This document shows, one piece after another, positions 18,232-28,269 of a stretch of DNA of 64,000 nucleotides; positions within the stretch are counted from its first letter, which is position 1; each line of letters starts with the position of its first letter. The translations under genes and the position numbers were made by a program. The stretch is taken from assembly GCA_047150005.1 (NCBI GenBank), contig AP038806.1:3840001-3904000 (forward strand), in the 5' to 3' direction. The notes beneath the pieces were generated by a model that ran no database searches, was not told the DNA's origin, and worked only from the letters and a program-made list of their open reading frames with translations. The stretch comes from Nitrospira sp. (lineage in GTDB: Bacteria; Nitrospirota; Nitrospiria; Nitrospirales; Nitrospiraceae).

Positions 18232-21200
18232 CACGATGATTCCGGACCGACAGGCGCGGGAATCAGCCGAAACCACCTTCGACCGCAACGTCGTCGTCGT
18301 GGCAGGGGCGGGCACCGGGAAGACGACGTTGCTGGTGAATCGCCTGATTCACCTCCTGATGAAGGAGCCTGATCCGATCGCCGTGACCCAGATCGTCGCC
18401 CTGACCTTCACGAACAAGGCGGCCACGGAGATGAAGGTGCGTCTGCGGGAACGATTGACGGCTCTGGCTCGTCCCGAGATCGAGGGTCATCGAGCGACCG
18501 ACGGAGGCGCCGTCTCGATCCGTCAGCTGCAAGTCCGCTATCGTCTCGACGAGCGTGAGATCGCCACGCGGGCCGAAGCGGCGTTGCAGGACTTGGAAAA
18601 GGCCCAAATCGGCACCTTGCATAGCTTTGCGGCTCACCTGCTCCGGCTGCATCCGTTGGAAAGCGGCGTGGACCCGGCCTTTCAGGAAGACGACGGCCAG
18701 CGGTTTGACGAACACTTTACGGAAGCCTGGGATCTGTGGATCGATCAGGAACTGGGCCGACAGGGCACTCATCATGAGGACTGGCGGATGATTTTGTCGG
18801 CGGCCGACCTCGGGTCGCTCCGACATTTAGCTCGCTCGCTGTCAAGCGAATTGGTCGACGTGGACGCAGTCGAGGCGCAACTGAGCGCCTCCGGGCTCAA
18901 TCCGATACTCATCGACCAGCTTCGTCAACTCGCTTCCAGAGCTCTGGTGCTCCTTTCGGCTCATGACCGTCCCAAACGCCGCAAGATCGAGCAGATGCTC
19001 GCCGCCGCCGGATCGTTCCTGAACCGGCTGGCGGAGCAGGGAGTCGGGGCCGTGCAAACGTTACAACTGGAAGTCCGGGATTGCTTGGGCAAAGAAGTCG
19101 GCAGCGCGGTCGCCGGATGGGAAAAACCCGATTTCGCTGAAGCGGCATCGATCATCAAAACTTCCCAGCAATTCCTCGATGTTGACCATCAATACTTCAT
19201 CACATTGTTACAGATTATTTCGCCGCTGATCCGGTCGATCCGCGCATCGTTTTCAGCCAAAGGGTGGCTCTCGTTCGACGGCCTGCTCGCGCGGGCCCGG
19301 CGACTCCTCTGGAACCATCGTGCCGTGCGCGAGCGGGTGAAGCGCGACTACCGGGCCGTGCTCGTCGACGAATTTCAAGACACCGATCCGGTGCAGTACG
19401 ACATCATCCTGGCGGTCTCTGAACGGGCGGGACACCATGCGACCGATTGGCGTGACATCGCGCTCGATCCGGGGAAGCTCTTCATCGTCGGAGACCCGAA
19501 GCAGTCGATCTATGCCTTCCGCCGTGCGGACATCGAGGCCTTCGACCGAGTGGTCCAGAAGATCGTGACCGATGGAGGGCTACTCAGCACGCTCACGACG
19601 AATTTCCGGAGCGACGCGGCGGTTCTGAGTCCGGTCAATGACGTCTTCGACCGTCTCTTCGAACGTCGCCCGCTCATTCAGCCCGCCAACGTTCGGTTGG
19701 AAGCGCACCCGCAACGCCCGCCGGCTCTTGCGGATCCTGGAGTCCGTTTCCGAATAGTGGCGCCGCAGGAGGAGGACGCCTTCGATGCCGAGGAAGCAGC
19801 CAGGGCGGAAGGCGAAGCCTTGGCCCGCTGGCTCAAGGACGAGCTCTTGATTCATCCCCACATGAAGGCGGGACAGGTGGCGCTGCTGTTTCGTCGACTC
19901 ACCCAGGCCGACGCCTATCTCGACGCCTTGCGCCGGCACGGCATCCCCTACGTCATCGAAGGAGAGAAACACTTTTACCGCCGTCAGGAAGTGATCGACC
20001 TGGTCAATGTGCTGCGGGTGCTGGACCATCCGTACGACCGTCTGGCGCTCGCGGGCGTGCTGAGATCGCCGCTCGGCGGTTGCACCGATTCGGATCTCTA
20101 TGCGATGCACAGCGCGGGATCGCTTGACGGCGTGAACGAGTCCGCGCTGCTTGCCTGGCGCCATCCGCTCGCGGCACCGGTGCGGCTCTTGTATCGCCAG
20201 TTGGCCCGGCTCCGTCGGGACGCGGCAACGGTCTCATTGGCCGAAGTGATCCAATTGGTGTTCGACCGCCTGCCTCTGCTCGAACTGGCAGCTGCCTCGC
20301 TTCACGGAGAACAGGCCGTGGCGAATCTGCTCAAGGTGAAACACACGGCCGCGTCCCTGTCCGATCGACCGCACCTGACGTTCAGCTCGTTCGTGGATCT
20401 CATGGTGGCGAGATTGGAGGATCAGCCGGACGAAGCGGAAAGTCCTTTGGCCGAGGAGAATGCCGATGCGGTCCAGATCCTGACGATCCATAAGGCCAAG
20501 GGGCTTGAATTCCCCGTCGTGCTCCTGCCGGGGCTTCACCAGGGAAGCGGACGCGAGCGATCGAAACCGATGGTGGTCTACGATTGGTCGAGTGGAAGCT
20601 ATGGACTGTCGCTCGGGGAGCATTGCACATTTGGATCCGTGCTGATCCGCGAGAAATTCTCGGCGAGGGAGGAAGCGGAACGGCGCCGGATCCTCTATGT
20701 CGGAATGACCAGAGCCAAGGACCTGCTGGTGCTCTCGGGCAGCGTGACGGAGCGATCCGCCGGCGAGAATGTCTTGGACCTGCTCCAGGAAATCGGTGAA
20801 GGAGAGCTGGGCGGCGGCGCGACCCGACACGTGAAGATCGGCACGAGCGACATTCCGCATCACGTGGTTCACGCGCCCGACCGAACATGGCCGAAGCGGC
20901 CTCTGGCGAGGAGGTCCGAGCCGTCTCTCGTCGATCCGCAGGCCGTCGCCGAACTGTGGAACGAGCGAGCGGCTCGATGGATGAGCACGCGCGGGATCCA
21001 TTGGCACGTGACCCCAACGGAATCGAGCACTCATCAGAGCGTTGCACAGGGTCGTTCTGTTTCCGACGGTCAGGATCGCCGGCTCGCTCGCCTGACCGGG
21101 GTCTTGGCCCACCGGATTCTCGAACGCTGGGACTTCAACGAACCGACGGACCGGATGCTGGATCACATCGCTGCGGTCTTGCGCACGACCTCCGGGCCGG

Positions 21201-21574
21201 ACGAGCAGGCGTGGCTCCCGGAGCTCACCGAGTCGCTCCGTGAGCTATTTGCGAGGTTCGGCACGTCGCAACCCTATGAGCGGCTCCGCTCCGCCACGAT
21301 CCTGGGCCGTGAGGTGCCGTTCGTGATGCCCTGGGAGGACAGGCAGGTGATGGAAGGGGTCATCGACATCATCTACCGACTTGACGGACGGATCTGGCTC
21401 GCGGACTATAAAACGGACCGTATCGAGACGGAGGAAGCCGTCGACCGCGCCCGGCGATATACCCATCAGGCGTCGGTCTATCGCGCTGCGGCAGAACGTG
21501 GCCTGGGCCAGCCGATCGCCGGCTTCCAATTCATTTTTCTTCGGGCGGGGATTGCCGTGGAACTCAACGGATAG
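18221..21574 (+). CDS. addA: AddA-like UvrD/SF1 helicase-nuclease
   Basis: AGAGTGKT, LTFTNKAA.EM, VDEFQDT, VGDPKQSIYAFR, TIHKAKGLEF, LYVGMTRA, C-terminal GVIDI...ADYKT nuclease. Confidence 0.85.
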   Translation: MSSDTMIPDRQARESAETTFDRNVVVVAGAGTGKTTLLVNRLIHLLMKEPDPIAVTQIVALTFTNKAATEMKVRLRERLTALARPEIEGHRATDGGAVSIRQLQVRYRLDEREIATRAEAALQDLEKAQIGTLHSFAAHLLRLHPLESGVDPAFQEDDGQRFDEHFTEAWDLWIDQELGRQGTHHEDWRMILSAADLGSLRHLARSLSSELVDVDAVEAQLSASGLNPILIDQLRQLASRALVLLSAHDRPKRRKIEQMLAAAGSFLNRLAEQGVGAVQTLQLEVRDCLGKEVGSAVAGWEKPDFAEAASIIKTSQQFLDVDHQYFITLLQIISPLIRSIRASFSAKGWLSFDGLLARARRLLWNHRAVRERVKRDYRAVLVDEFQDTDPVQYDIILAVSERAGHHATDWRDIALDPGKLFIVGDPKQSIYAFRRADIEAFDRVVQKIVTDGGLLSTLTTNFRSDAAVLSPVNDVFDRLFERRPLIQPANVRLEAHPQRPPALADPGVRFRIVAPQEEDAFDAEEAARAEGEALARWLKDELLIHPHMKAGQVALLFRRLTQADAYLDALRRHGIPYVIEGEKHFYRRQEVIDLVNVLRVLDHPYDRLALAGVLRSPLGGCTDSDLYAMHSAGSLDGVNESALLAWRHPLAAPVRLLYRQLARLRRDAATVSLAEVIQLVFDRLPLLELAAASLHGEQAVANLLKVKHTAASLSDRPHLTFSSFVDLMVARLEDQPDEAESPLAEENADAVQILTIHKAKGLEFPVVLLPGLHQGSGRERSKPMVVYDWSSGSYGLSLGEHCTFGSVLIREKFSAREEAERRRILYVGMTRAKDLLVLSGSVTERSAGENVLDLLQEIGEGELGGGATRHVKIGTSDIPHHVVHAPDRTWPKRPLARRSEPSLVDPQAVAELWNERAARWMSTRGIHWHVTPTESSTHQSVAQGRSVSDGQDRRLARLTGVLAHRILERWDFNEPTDRMLDHIAAVLRTTSGPDEQAWLPELTESLRELFARFGTSQPYERLRSATILGREVPFVMPWEDRQVMEGVIDIIYRLDGRIWLADYKTDRIETEEAVDRARRYTHQASVYRAAAERGLGQPIAGFQFIFLRAGIAVELNG

Positions 21575-21592
21575 ATAGAGAAGGAGGCGCTC

Positions 21593-22009
21593 ATGTCGGG
21601 GGTCCCATGGCTGATGGTTCTGATTCTGCTGGGCGGATGCGCGAGCACGATGCCGCATCCTCCCGCAACCGTACTTCCTGCGCCCGCCGGCACGAACGCG
21701 GAAATCAGGGCGCAGCTCGAGCGGGGCAATGCGCTCTTCACCTCCCGCGATTGGGCCGGTGCCGAGAAGGTGTTTCGAGAGGTCGTGTCGTTCGATCCCT
21801 CGCTGGCTGAGGCCCACTATAACCTGGCCGTCACGCTCGACCATCAGGGGAAACAGGCCGAGGCGAGAACGCACTATGTCGACGCGGCGAATCTCGCACC
21901 CGGCAACAAGGTGATCTGGGACTCACCGATCTTTCATGACCGAGCCGGAGGATTCGGGCACGACCTTGAGCGATCCTCGTTTCAAGATCCGTCACGCAAG
22001 GGCTATTGA
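21593..22009 (+). CDS. TPR lipoprotein
   Basis: Lipobox LGGC; AEAHYNLAVTL TPR. Confidence 0.8.
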   Translation: MSGVPWLMVLILLGGCASTMPHPPATVLPAPAGTNAEIRAQLERGNALFTSRDWAGAEKVFREVVSFDPSLAEAHYNLAVTLDHQGKQAEARTHYVDAANLAPGNKVIWDSPIFHDRAGGFGHDLERSSFQDPSRKGY

Positions 22010-22011
22010 CG

Positions 22012-22395
22012 ATGGGACCACGAGGCTCAGATCGGGTCTCCCCGGAAGCCTTTGACCGCTTGGTCCGAGAGGCGCTCCGCGACCTGCCGGTCCGGTATGC
22101 CAAGCTGGTGGAAGAAGTGTCCGTCGTGGTGGAAGAAGAACCGCCCGCCGAAGTCCTGGCCGATCTGGACCTCGATTCGGAGGATGACCTTCTCGGTCTC
22201 TACCAGGGCCTGCCGCTCAGCGAGGAGTCGTTCTTTCAGCCCGGCGGTCAACAGCCGCCGCGTATTGCCATCTACCGGGGTCCGATTCTCCGGCTTTGTA
22301 GTACTCCGGACGAGGTAAAGCAGGAGATCCGCGACACGGTCGTACATGAATTGGGGCACCATGTCGGCTTGGACGACGACGAAATGCCTTATTAG
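22012..22395 (+). CDS. Zincin-like minimal metallopeptidase
   Basis: LLGLYQG.P, IAIYRGPI, TVVHELGHH.G. Confidence 0.85.
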   Translation: MGPRGSDRVSPEAFDRLVREALRDLPVRYAKLVEEVSVVVEEEPPAEVLADLDLDSEDDLLGLYQGLPLSEESFFQPGGQQPPRIAIYRGPILRLCSTPDEVKQEIRDTVVHELGHHVGLDDDEMPY

Positions 22396-22465
22396 GGGAA
22401 GGGTGAGGTTGAGGGTTTTTCGGCGTTAGCGACCGCGCGATCCCGGCTTCACCTGAGTCTGAACC

Positions 22466-23302
22466 CTAACCTGTAACAATCTTTCCAGCCGGTTGCTCAC
22501 GGCGCGCCAGCGCCTGCCGTTGATAGCCAAGCGCAAGCATGAAACTGCCGATGATGACCATCGGCAACGAGAGCATCTGCCCCATGGAGAGCGCGCCGAA
22601 AATGAAGCCGATGTGGGCGTCCGGCTCTCGAAACAGTTCCGCCAGCAAGCGGCAGAGCCCGTAGCCTGTGATGAAGCTCCAAAACGTCGTGCCGGGCGGT
22701 GTGGGTCGTCGCCCGATCACCCACAGAACCGAGAACAGCAACACGCCTTCCAACGCCAACTCGTAGAGTTGCGACGGATGCCGGCAGGCCGGTCCGCCTG
22801 CGGGAAACACCATGCACCACTCCACGTCCGTCGGACGGCCGAAGAGCTCACCGTTGATGAAATTGCCGAGCCGGCCGAGGCCGAGACCGATCGGCGTGAC
22901 GGAGGCCGCCATGTCCGCGATGGTGTAGATGGGAATGCCGTGGCGCTTTCCGAACCAGATCAACGCGACGATCGTGCCGATCAAGCCTCCGTGAAACGAC
23001 ATCCCTCCCTCCCAGACCGCGAGAATCTTGCTGGGATACTCAAGATAATAGGGAAGGTTGTAAAAGAGCACATACCCGAACCGCCCGCCGATGAACACTC
23101 CGAAGGCCGCCCAGACCACCATGTCATAGACTTGATCTTTCGTCAGCCCCAACCCCTGCGCCTCTGCCTTCTGGCGAATGACGAAATAGGCGATCGTGAG
23201 CCCGATCAGATACATCAGCCCGTACCAGCGAAACTGGAGGGGGCCCAATTCGAGAAACACAGGATCGATGTTCGGATAGGGAATCGCGTCCAACCGGTTC
23301 AT
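22466..23302 (-). CDS. lgt: Prolipoprotein diacylglyceryl transferase
   Basis: WYGLMY, WEGGMSFHGG, GRLGNFINGEL.GR, RHPSQLYE, E.FREPD. Confidence 0.97.
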   Translation of the reverse strand: MNRLDAIPYPNIDPVFLELGPLQFRWYGLMYLIGLTIAYFVIRQKAEAQGLGLTKDQVYDMVVWAAFGVFIGGRFGYVLFYNLPYYLEYPSKILAVWEGGMSFHGGLIGTIVALIWFGKRHGIPIYTIADMAASVTPIGLGLGRLGNFINGELFGRPTDVEWCMVFPAGGPACRHPSQLYELALEGVLLFSVLWVIGRRPTPPGTTFWSFITGYGLCRLLAELFREPDAHIGFIFGALSMGQMLSLPMVIIGSFMLALGYQRQALARREQPAGKIVTG

Positions 23303-23543
23303 TTCTGCCTCATGTGACGTCGGTGAGCCGGATGATATGTGAGCGATGCGGCCATTGCAAGCAACGCCACAACAAACGCCGGAGGCACGTGCGACAGCGT
23401 CTCAACGAAATGACCACAGCGGCTGTTGGCTTTCCGTCACGCCTGTGTCGCGTTGTGTCAGAAAAACGCTACCCAAAATTAAGCCTGGTTAATCGGAGTA
23501 GGCCCGAGCGCTGTAATTCCTGAGAAAAGGCCCGATTCCGCGC

Positions 23544-23558
23544 TGGCACGGTTGATGC
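23544..23558 (+). promoter_or_regulatory. Sigma54 (-24/-12) promoter of the YtxH gene
   Basis: TGGCAC-GGTTG-ATGC. Confidence 0.65.
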
Positions 23559-23631
23559 GAAACGACCCGGCAGGATGTCGGCACAGCGGCACCGACCCAT
23601 TGATCCTTAACCGATTGCAAGGAGGTCTACC

Positions 23632-23868
23632 ATGTCAGAGCAGGGAAAGCAGGCGGTGAAAATGGCGGCGATGGTGGCCGGCAGCGCGGCCATCGGCGCG
23701 GGGCTTGGACTCCTGTTTGCGCCTCAGACCGGAGCGGAAACGCGGCGTGAAATCAACCGATATGCAAAGAAGGCGCAGGTACAGGCGACCCGCTGGAGCC
23801 GCGCGATCAAATCCGGCATCCAAGAAGTCGTGGATCGCACGAAACGGCCGATGGTGGAAGCAGCCTAA
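23632..23868 (+). CDS. YtxH-domain protein
   Basis: GSAAIGAGLGLLFAPQTGAETRR; RBS AAGGAGG. Confidence 0.85.
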   Translation: MSEQGKQAVKMAAMVAGSAAIGAGLGLLFAPQTGAETRREINRYAKKAQVQATRWSRAIKSGIQEVVDRTKRPMVEAA

Positions 23869-24056
23869 CGAATCACGGAGGAAACAGTCGAGAGGGGATC
23901 GAAGCATCCCCGAGCACCGGCAACTGCATACGAGCGCCAATGGCCTGCTGCTGACACCGGCACAGGCCGTTGGTGCGTGGTCTTCCCTTTCACATCCCAG
24001 CCATTGACCGTCACCCACGGTGGCGGGTCAGTTTGGCATACGAAGCACTGAAGTGT

Positions 24057-24076
24057 GTCATTCCCGCGGAAGCGGG
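24057..24076. repeat. Left part of a REP-type hairpin (GTCATTCCCGCGGAAGCGGG) split by the IS; the remainder AATCCAG is at 25117-25123
   Basis: Joining the flanks gives the 8-bp stem ATTCCCGC-GGAA-GCGGGAAT. Confidence 0.75.
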
Positions 24077-25068
24077 CAGGTGGAGTCACATTTGAAGTGC
24101 AACAGATCACGAGTAAACACCTCGGCCGGTGTCTCATAGTCGAGACACTTGCGCGGGGTGTGATTATACGCCCGCACCAGCGCCAGCAAGCGGCGGGTGG
24201 AGAGCGTGGCCAAGTCAGTTTTCCGGGGGAGGGCACGGCGCATCCGGCCGATACCGTTTTCGATACCCCCTTTTTGCCACGGGGCATGCGGGTCACAAAA
24301 GTAGGTGCGCATGCCGAGCGGGTGCAGCTGATCGTGATACGCGAACTCCGTGCCGTTATCGAACGTGATGGTCCGGCGCAGGGCCGGAGGCAGGGCGGCA
24401 AACAGCGCCGTGAGTCGGGCGGCCACCGGCTGGGCCCCCTTCGTGGGTTGCCGGCTGGCCACCAACACGCGCGAGCGGCGTTCCTGCGTCACCAGGACCG
24501 CCTGGCCATATTTCGCAAACAGCATCAGATCGGCCTCCCAATGGCCAGGGTCCTGCCGCTGCTGGATCGCCGCCGGTCGCTCGCTAATGGGGACGCGGCT
24601 GCGGATGTGGTCCACGGCACTGCCGCCTTTGCGCCCCCGCCACCCGCGTTTGCTTTTGCCCCGCGGCAAATAATGCCGCCAGCGATAGTCTTTCGTCCGG
24701 CGGATCTGGCTGGCGATGAAGCGGTAGATCGACTCGGAGCTGATGCGCAGCGCGCAGCCGTCGCGCTTGAGCCGGCCGGCGACTTGAGCGGGCGACCAGC
24801 CCTGCCCCAACCAGCGCAGGACGTGGGCCTGCAGCGCCGGTTGCCGGAGCAGACGACTCCCGCGCCAGCGGCGGCTGCGGGTCTGCTCCTGGGCATAGGC
24901 AGGCGCATAGCCCACCTGGGCGCCGCGATTGCGCCTCAGTTCCCGCAGAATGGTCGATGGCGCGCGATCCAGAGCTGCTGCAATTTGGCGGATGGTTTGC
25001 CCGGCTTCGCGAGCCCGGGCAATCGTACACCGGTCTTCCAAGGAGAGCTGCGCATAGTGTCGTCCCAT
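24058..25068 (-). CDS. IS30-family DDE transposase
   Basis: HTH IAAALDRAPSTILRELRRN; WSPAQVAGRL; GHWEAD, TITFDNGTEF, PWQKGGIEN; N.TPRKCL.Y.TP.E. Confidence 0.95.
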   Translation of the reverse strand: MGRHYAQLSLEDRCTIARAREAGQTIRQIAAALDRAPSTILRELRRNRGAQVGYAPAYAQEQTRSRRWRGSRLLRQPALQAHVLRWLGQGWSPAQVAGRLKRDGCALRISSESIYRFIASQIRRTKDYRWRHYLPRGKSKRGWRGRKGGSAVDHIRSRVPISERPAAIQQRQDPGHWEADLMLFAKYGQAVLVTQERRSRVLVASRQPTKGAQPVAARLTALFAALPPALRRTITFDNGTEFAYHDQLHPLGMRTYFCDPHAPWQKGGIENGIGRMRRALPRKTDLATLSTRRLLALVRAYNHTPRKCLDYETPAEVFTRDLLHFKCDSTCPLPRE

Positions 25069-25114
25069 TGCAACACCTTACCCCACAGGTGTTGCACTTC
25101 GTTTGTGAATCTAG
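24077..25114 (-). mobile_element. IS30-family insertion sequence
   Basis: Imperfect terminal IRs GTGGAGTCACATTTGAAGTGCAACA (from 24080) and TGTTGCACTTCGTTTGTGAATCTAG (to 25114); GG or GGG target duplication; single transposase. Confidence 0.9.
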
Positions 25115-25303
25115 GGAATCCAGGCAAGGTCTGCTCCTCAGCACTAACACACTCCTCATCCACCGATTGCTTGAAACCTCCTGACCCCGATGCTAGAGTT
25201 TCGCGGCTCGTCTCCGATCGCATGCTACCTTACAGATCTATCGGGACCATGTCCGCATAGGCGGAGCAGCTCCTCGGTCGTGGCGATGGCGATCCGCTGC
25301 AGG

Positions 25304-25390
25304 GCGGGAGTGGCGAAATCGGCAAACGCACAGGACTTAAAATCCTGTACCCGTAAGGGTTTGAGGGTTCAATTCCCTCCTCCCGCACCA
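25304..25390 (+). tRNA. tRNA-Leu(TAA)
   Basis: Acceptor GCGGGAG/CTCCCGC-A-CCA; anticodon arm CAGGA-CTTAAAA-TCCTG; long variable arm; T-loop GGTTCAATTCC. Confidence 0.95.
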
Positions 25391-25427
25391 CATGTTCCAA
25401 GTGCGACTCGCACGAAACGAGGTCTCG

Positions 25428-25757
25428 ATGCGACTCATCTTGCTGATCGTGACGCTCTGGCTGCTGTCAAATGGATCCGTCTGGGCCAATCCCACCCATG
25501 ACCGGCTGCAGCAGATGTCCGATCAGGACCGCAATGGCTACTTCACGAAGGTTCTGCAGGAGGCGGGAGAGCGCTGCGACGAGGCGACAAGGACGGCCTT
25601 TCAGCGCAGAGGCAATTCCGGAGATGCCGTCTGGAATGTTGCCTGCCGCAACAAGAAATCGTACTCGATCGTCATTCACGGCGACGCGAAGGGATCGACG
25701 ATGATCACCGACTGCGCCACGCTCAAAGCCCTACACGTCGAACGGTGCTTCAAATAG
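25428..25757 (+). CDS. Hypothetical secreted protein with four cysteines
   Basis: Signal peptide; GERCD, WNVAC, TDC, RCF. Confidence 0.7.
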   Translation: MRLILLIVTLWLLSNGSVWANPTHDRLQQMSDQDRNGYFTKVLQEAGERCDEATRTAFQRRGNSGDAVWNVACRNKKSYSIVIHGDAKGSTMITDCATLKALHVERCFK

Positions 25758-25945
25758 CAGGCTGTTGACAAGTCCTCCAGCGACCGGCAACCGGGGACAG
25801 TCGCCGATCGGAAGGGCGACAGTCCCCTCGCTTAGGTCTCGGTGAATACGGTTCCGCGACCGCCGATCGCACAGCATCCCTACAAAAGTAGCCATAGATC
25901 CTCGCACCATGTTTAGGCATGATGGGGGGAGGGGATACGTCCGTC

Positions 25946-26701
25946 ATGCAACAACTGTATCGTCCATTGATCAGCCTGCTCGCGCTCGTGAGCCTCTTGA
26001 TCCTCCACGGCTGCGGAGAACCGGAGCAGCCGACCACGCCGCAAACCAGTTCCGCCGAGGGATTTTGGACGGGGAATACCAACACCGGTCGTACCTTGAC
26101 CGGCGTGGTCCTCGACGACGGAACCTACTATTTTTTCTACTCAGCCGCGGCCGCTCCTGCCCAAATCGCCGGAGTCATTCAAGGCACCGGCACATCCAGC
26201 GACGGCACCTTCACCTCCGGCAACGCGAAGGACTTCCGCATCGGGGCAAGCGCGCTGGACGCGACCATCACAGGCACATACGGAAACCGCAGCTTCCTGA
26301 ACGCCACGATCACCTATACGGGAGGCGCGGTCGTGACGTTCACGAGCAGCTTCAACACAGCGTACAACAGCAATCCGACCCTCGCCGCCGTATCCGGGTT
26401 CTACACGGGACAGGCCGGAAGCTCGGGCGGCGTACAAACGGGCAACATCAACGTCACCGCCAACGGCGCCTTCGCCGGAGCCGAAACGAACGGCTGCGCC
26501 TTCACCGGCACCGCCACACCGAGGATTCGCGGCAACGCCTTCAATCAAACGACGACATTTGGAGCCTTGCCCTGTTTCTTCGCGGGCTCGACTTTTCAAG
26601 GCATCGCGCTGTTCGATCTCGGAACACTCCGTCTGATGTCCGCCGCTCCTAACGGAACCAGAACGGATGCCGCGATTTTTTCCGGCCTGAGAACCTTCTG
26701 A
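25946..26701 (+). CDS. Thr/Gly-rich beta-structured lipoprotein
   Basis: Lipobox LHGC; SAEGFWTG; two similar halves; NGC.FTG. Confidence 0.75.
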   Translation: MQQLYRPLISLLALVSLLILHGCGEPEQPTTPQTSSAEGFWTGNTNTGRTLTGVVLDDGTYYFFYSAAAAPAQIAGVIQGTGTSSDGTFTSGNAKDFRIGASALDATITGTYGNRSFLNATITYTGGAVVTFTSSFNTAYNSNPTLAAVSGFYTGQAGSSGGVQTGNINVTANGAFAGAETNGCAFTGTATPRIRGNAFNQTTTFGALPCFFAGSTFQGIALFDLGTLRLMSAAPNGTRTDAAIFSGLRTF

Positions 26702-26898
26702 CAGAATCGGCACCGATACAGCCTCACGGTCCGCTCATGCGAATCGCAAAACAATTGCCACCCCGACGGTTGCTGCTAAATGTTCAGGAAAGTCCGACGG
26801 TACGACTGAGAGCTGTCAACAACGACTCCCGGTGCCTTCCCTTCCGCACCCTCATCCATTAAGATACCGTTACATTTATTGGGTCGGATCCCTTCCTG

Positions 26899-28260
26899 AT
26901 GAAAGCCAAAACCCTGTTCTCCTGTCAGGCCTGTGGCCACCAGTCGCCTCGATGGATGGGCCGCTGTCCTGATTGCGGCGGCTGGAACACCATGAAAGAG
27001 GAGCGGCAGGCCTCGACCGGCAAGGGCAGGCCGGCCGCGGTGATCGCGGCGCCGACCCGGGCGACCCCGATCGCCGAGATCGAGGTGGTCGGCGAGAACC
27101 GGCGGCTGACCCGGATCGGCGAGTTTGATCGGGTGCTGGGCGGCGGCGTGATTCCCGGCGCCGTCGTTCTGATCGGCGGCGATCCCGGCATTGGCAAGAC
27201 CACGCTGCTGCTGCAAGCCTTGCCGAGGCTGGCGTCCCAAACCCAGCCGGTGCTGTACGTGTCCGGAGAGGAGTCGCCGCGCCAGATCAAGATGCGCGGA
27301 CAACGGTTGGGCGTGGAACATCCGCATCTGTTGATTCTGGCCGAAACGTCCCTGGAGCAGATATTGAAAGCCGTTCAGGAGATCGGACCGTCGGCGGTGG
27401 TCGTCGATTCGATCCAGACGGTCTACACGGAACAGATGACGTCGGCTCCCGGCAGCATCAGCCAGGTACAGGAAGTCGCCGGCCAACTCATGTGGTTTGC
27501 GAAGCGCGCCGGCGTCCCGGTCTTCATCATCGGGCATGTCACCAAGGACGGAGCGATCGCCGGCCCGCGCCTGCTCGAGCACATTGTCGATACGGTGTTG
27601 TATTTTGAAGGAGACAAAGGGCACAGCTATCGCATTCTCCGCGCCGTGAAGAACCGCTTCGGCTCCACCAATGAAATCGGTGTCTTCGAAATGAAGGACG
27701 CCGGCCTGGAGGAAGTGAGCAATCCGTCGGAGTTGTTCCTGGCCGAACGATCGCAGCGCAGCACCGGATCCGTGGTCGTGTCGAGTCTCGAAGGCAGCAG
27801 GCCCATCCTCGTGGAGTTGCAGGCTCTCGTCACGCCCACGAGTTATCCAATGCCCAAACGGATGACCAACGGCGTCGATCTCAACCGGGTCTCCCTGCTG
27901 CTGGCCGTGATGGACAAGCGGTTGGGCGTCCATCTGTCGGGCCAGGACGTCTACGTCAACGTCGTCGGCGGCATGCACATCGATGAACCCGCTATCGATC
28001 TGGGCATCGTCAGCGCCGTGACGTCGAGTTTGCGAGAAATACCGGTGGAGCCCGGCTTGCTCATCCTCGGTGAAGTGGGACTTGGCGGGGAAGTGAGGGC
28101 GATCAGCCAGGTGGAACTGCGGATCCGAGAGGCGGCCAAGATGGGATTCAAACGGGCGTTGTTGCCGGAACGAAACTTGTCGAAATTGGATGGAGTGGAC
28201 GGCATCGAACTCGTCGGCATCGCCGATGTACGGGAGGCGCTGGATGTCGTCCTGGCGTAA
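26899..28260 (+). CDS. radA: DNA repair protein RadA/Sms
   Basis: C4 zinc finger, GDPGIGKT, KNRFG, Lon-like C-terminal GEVGLGGEVR. Confidence 0.97.
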   Translation: MKAKTLFSCQACGHQSPRWMGRCPDCGGWNTMKEERQASTGKGRPAAVIAAPTRATPIAEIEVVGENRRLTRIGEFDRVLGGGVIPGAVVLIGGDPGIGKTTLLLQALPRLASQTQPVLYVSGEESPRQIKMRGQRLGVEHPHLLILAETSLEQILKAVQEIGPSAVVVDSIQTVYTEQMTSAPGSISQVQEVAGQLMWFAKRAGVPVFIIGHVTKDGAIAGPRLLEHIVDTVLYFEGDKGHSYRILRAVKNRFGSTNEIGVFEMKDAGLEEVSNPSELFLAERSQRSTGSVVVSSLEGSRPILVELQALVTPTSYPMPKRMTNGVDLNRVSLLLAVMDKRLGVHLSGQDVYVNVVGGMHIDEPAIDLGIVSAVTSSLREIPVEPGLLILGEVGLGGEVRAISQVELRIREAAKMGFKRALLPERNLSKLDGVDGIELVGIADVREALDVVLA

Positions 28261-28269
28261 GACCCGTCC

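Noticed and set aside
24055..25260. 401-aa ORF antisense to the IS30 transposase
   Set aside because: Shadow ORF with no recognisable motifs; it extends beyond the IS end
25900..25909. CCTCGCACCA as an att repeat of the tRNA 3' end
   Set aside because: Too short and imperfect; no integrase
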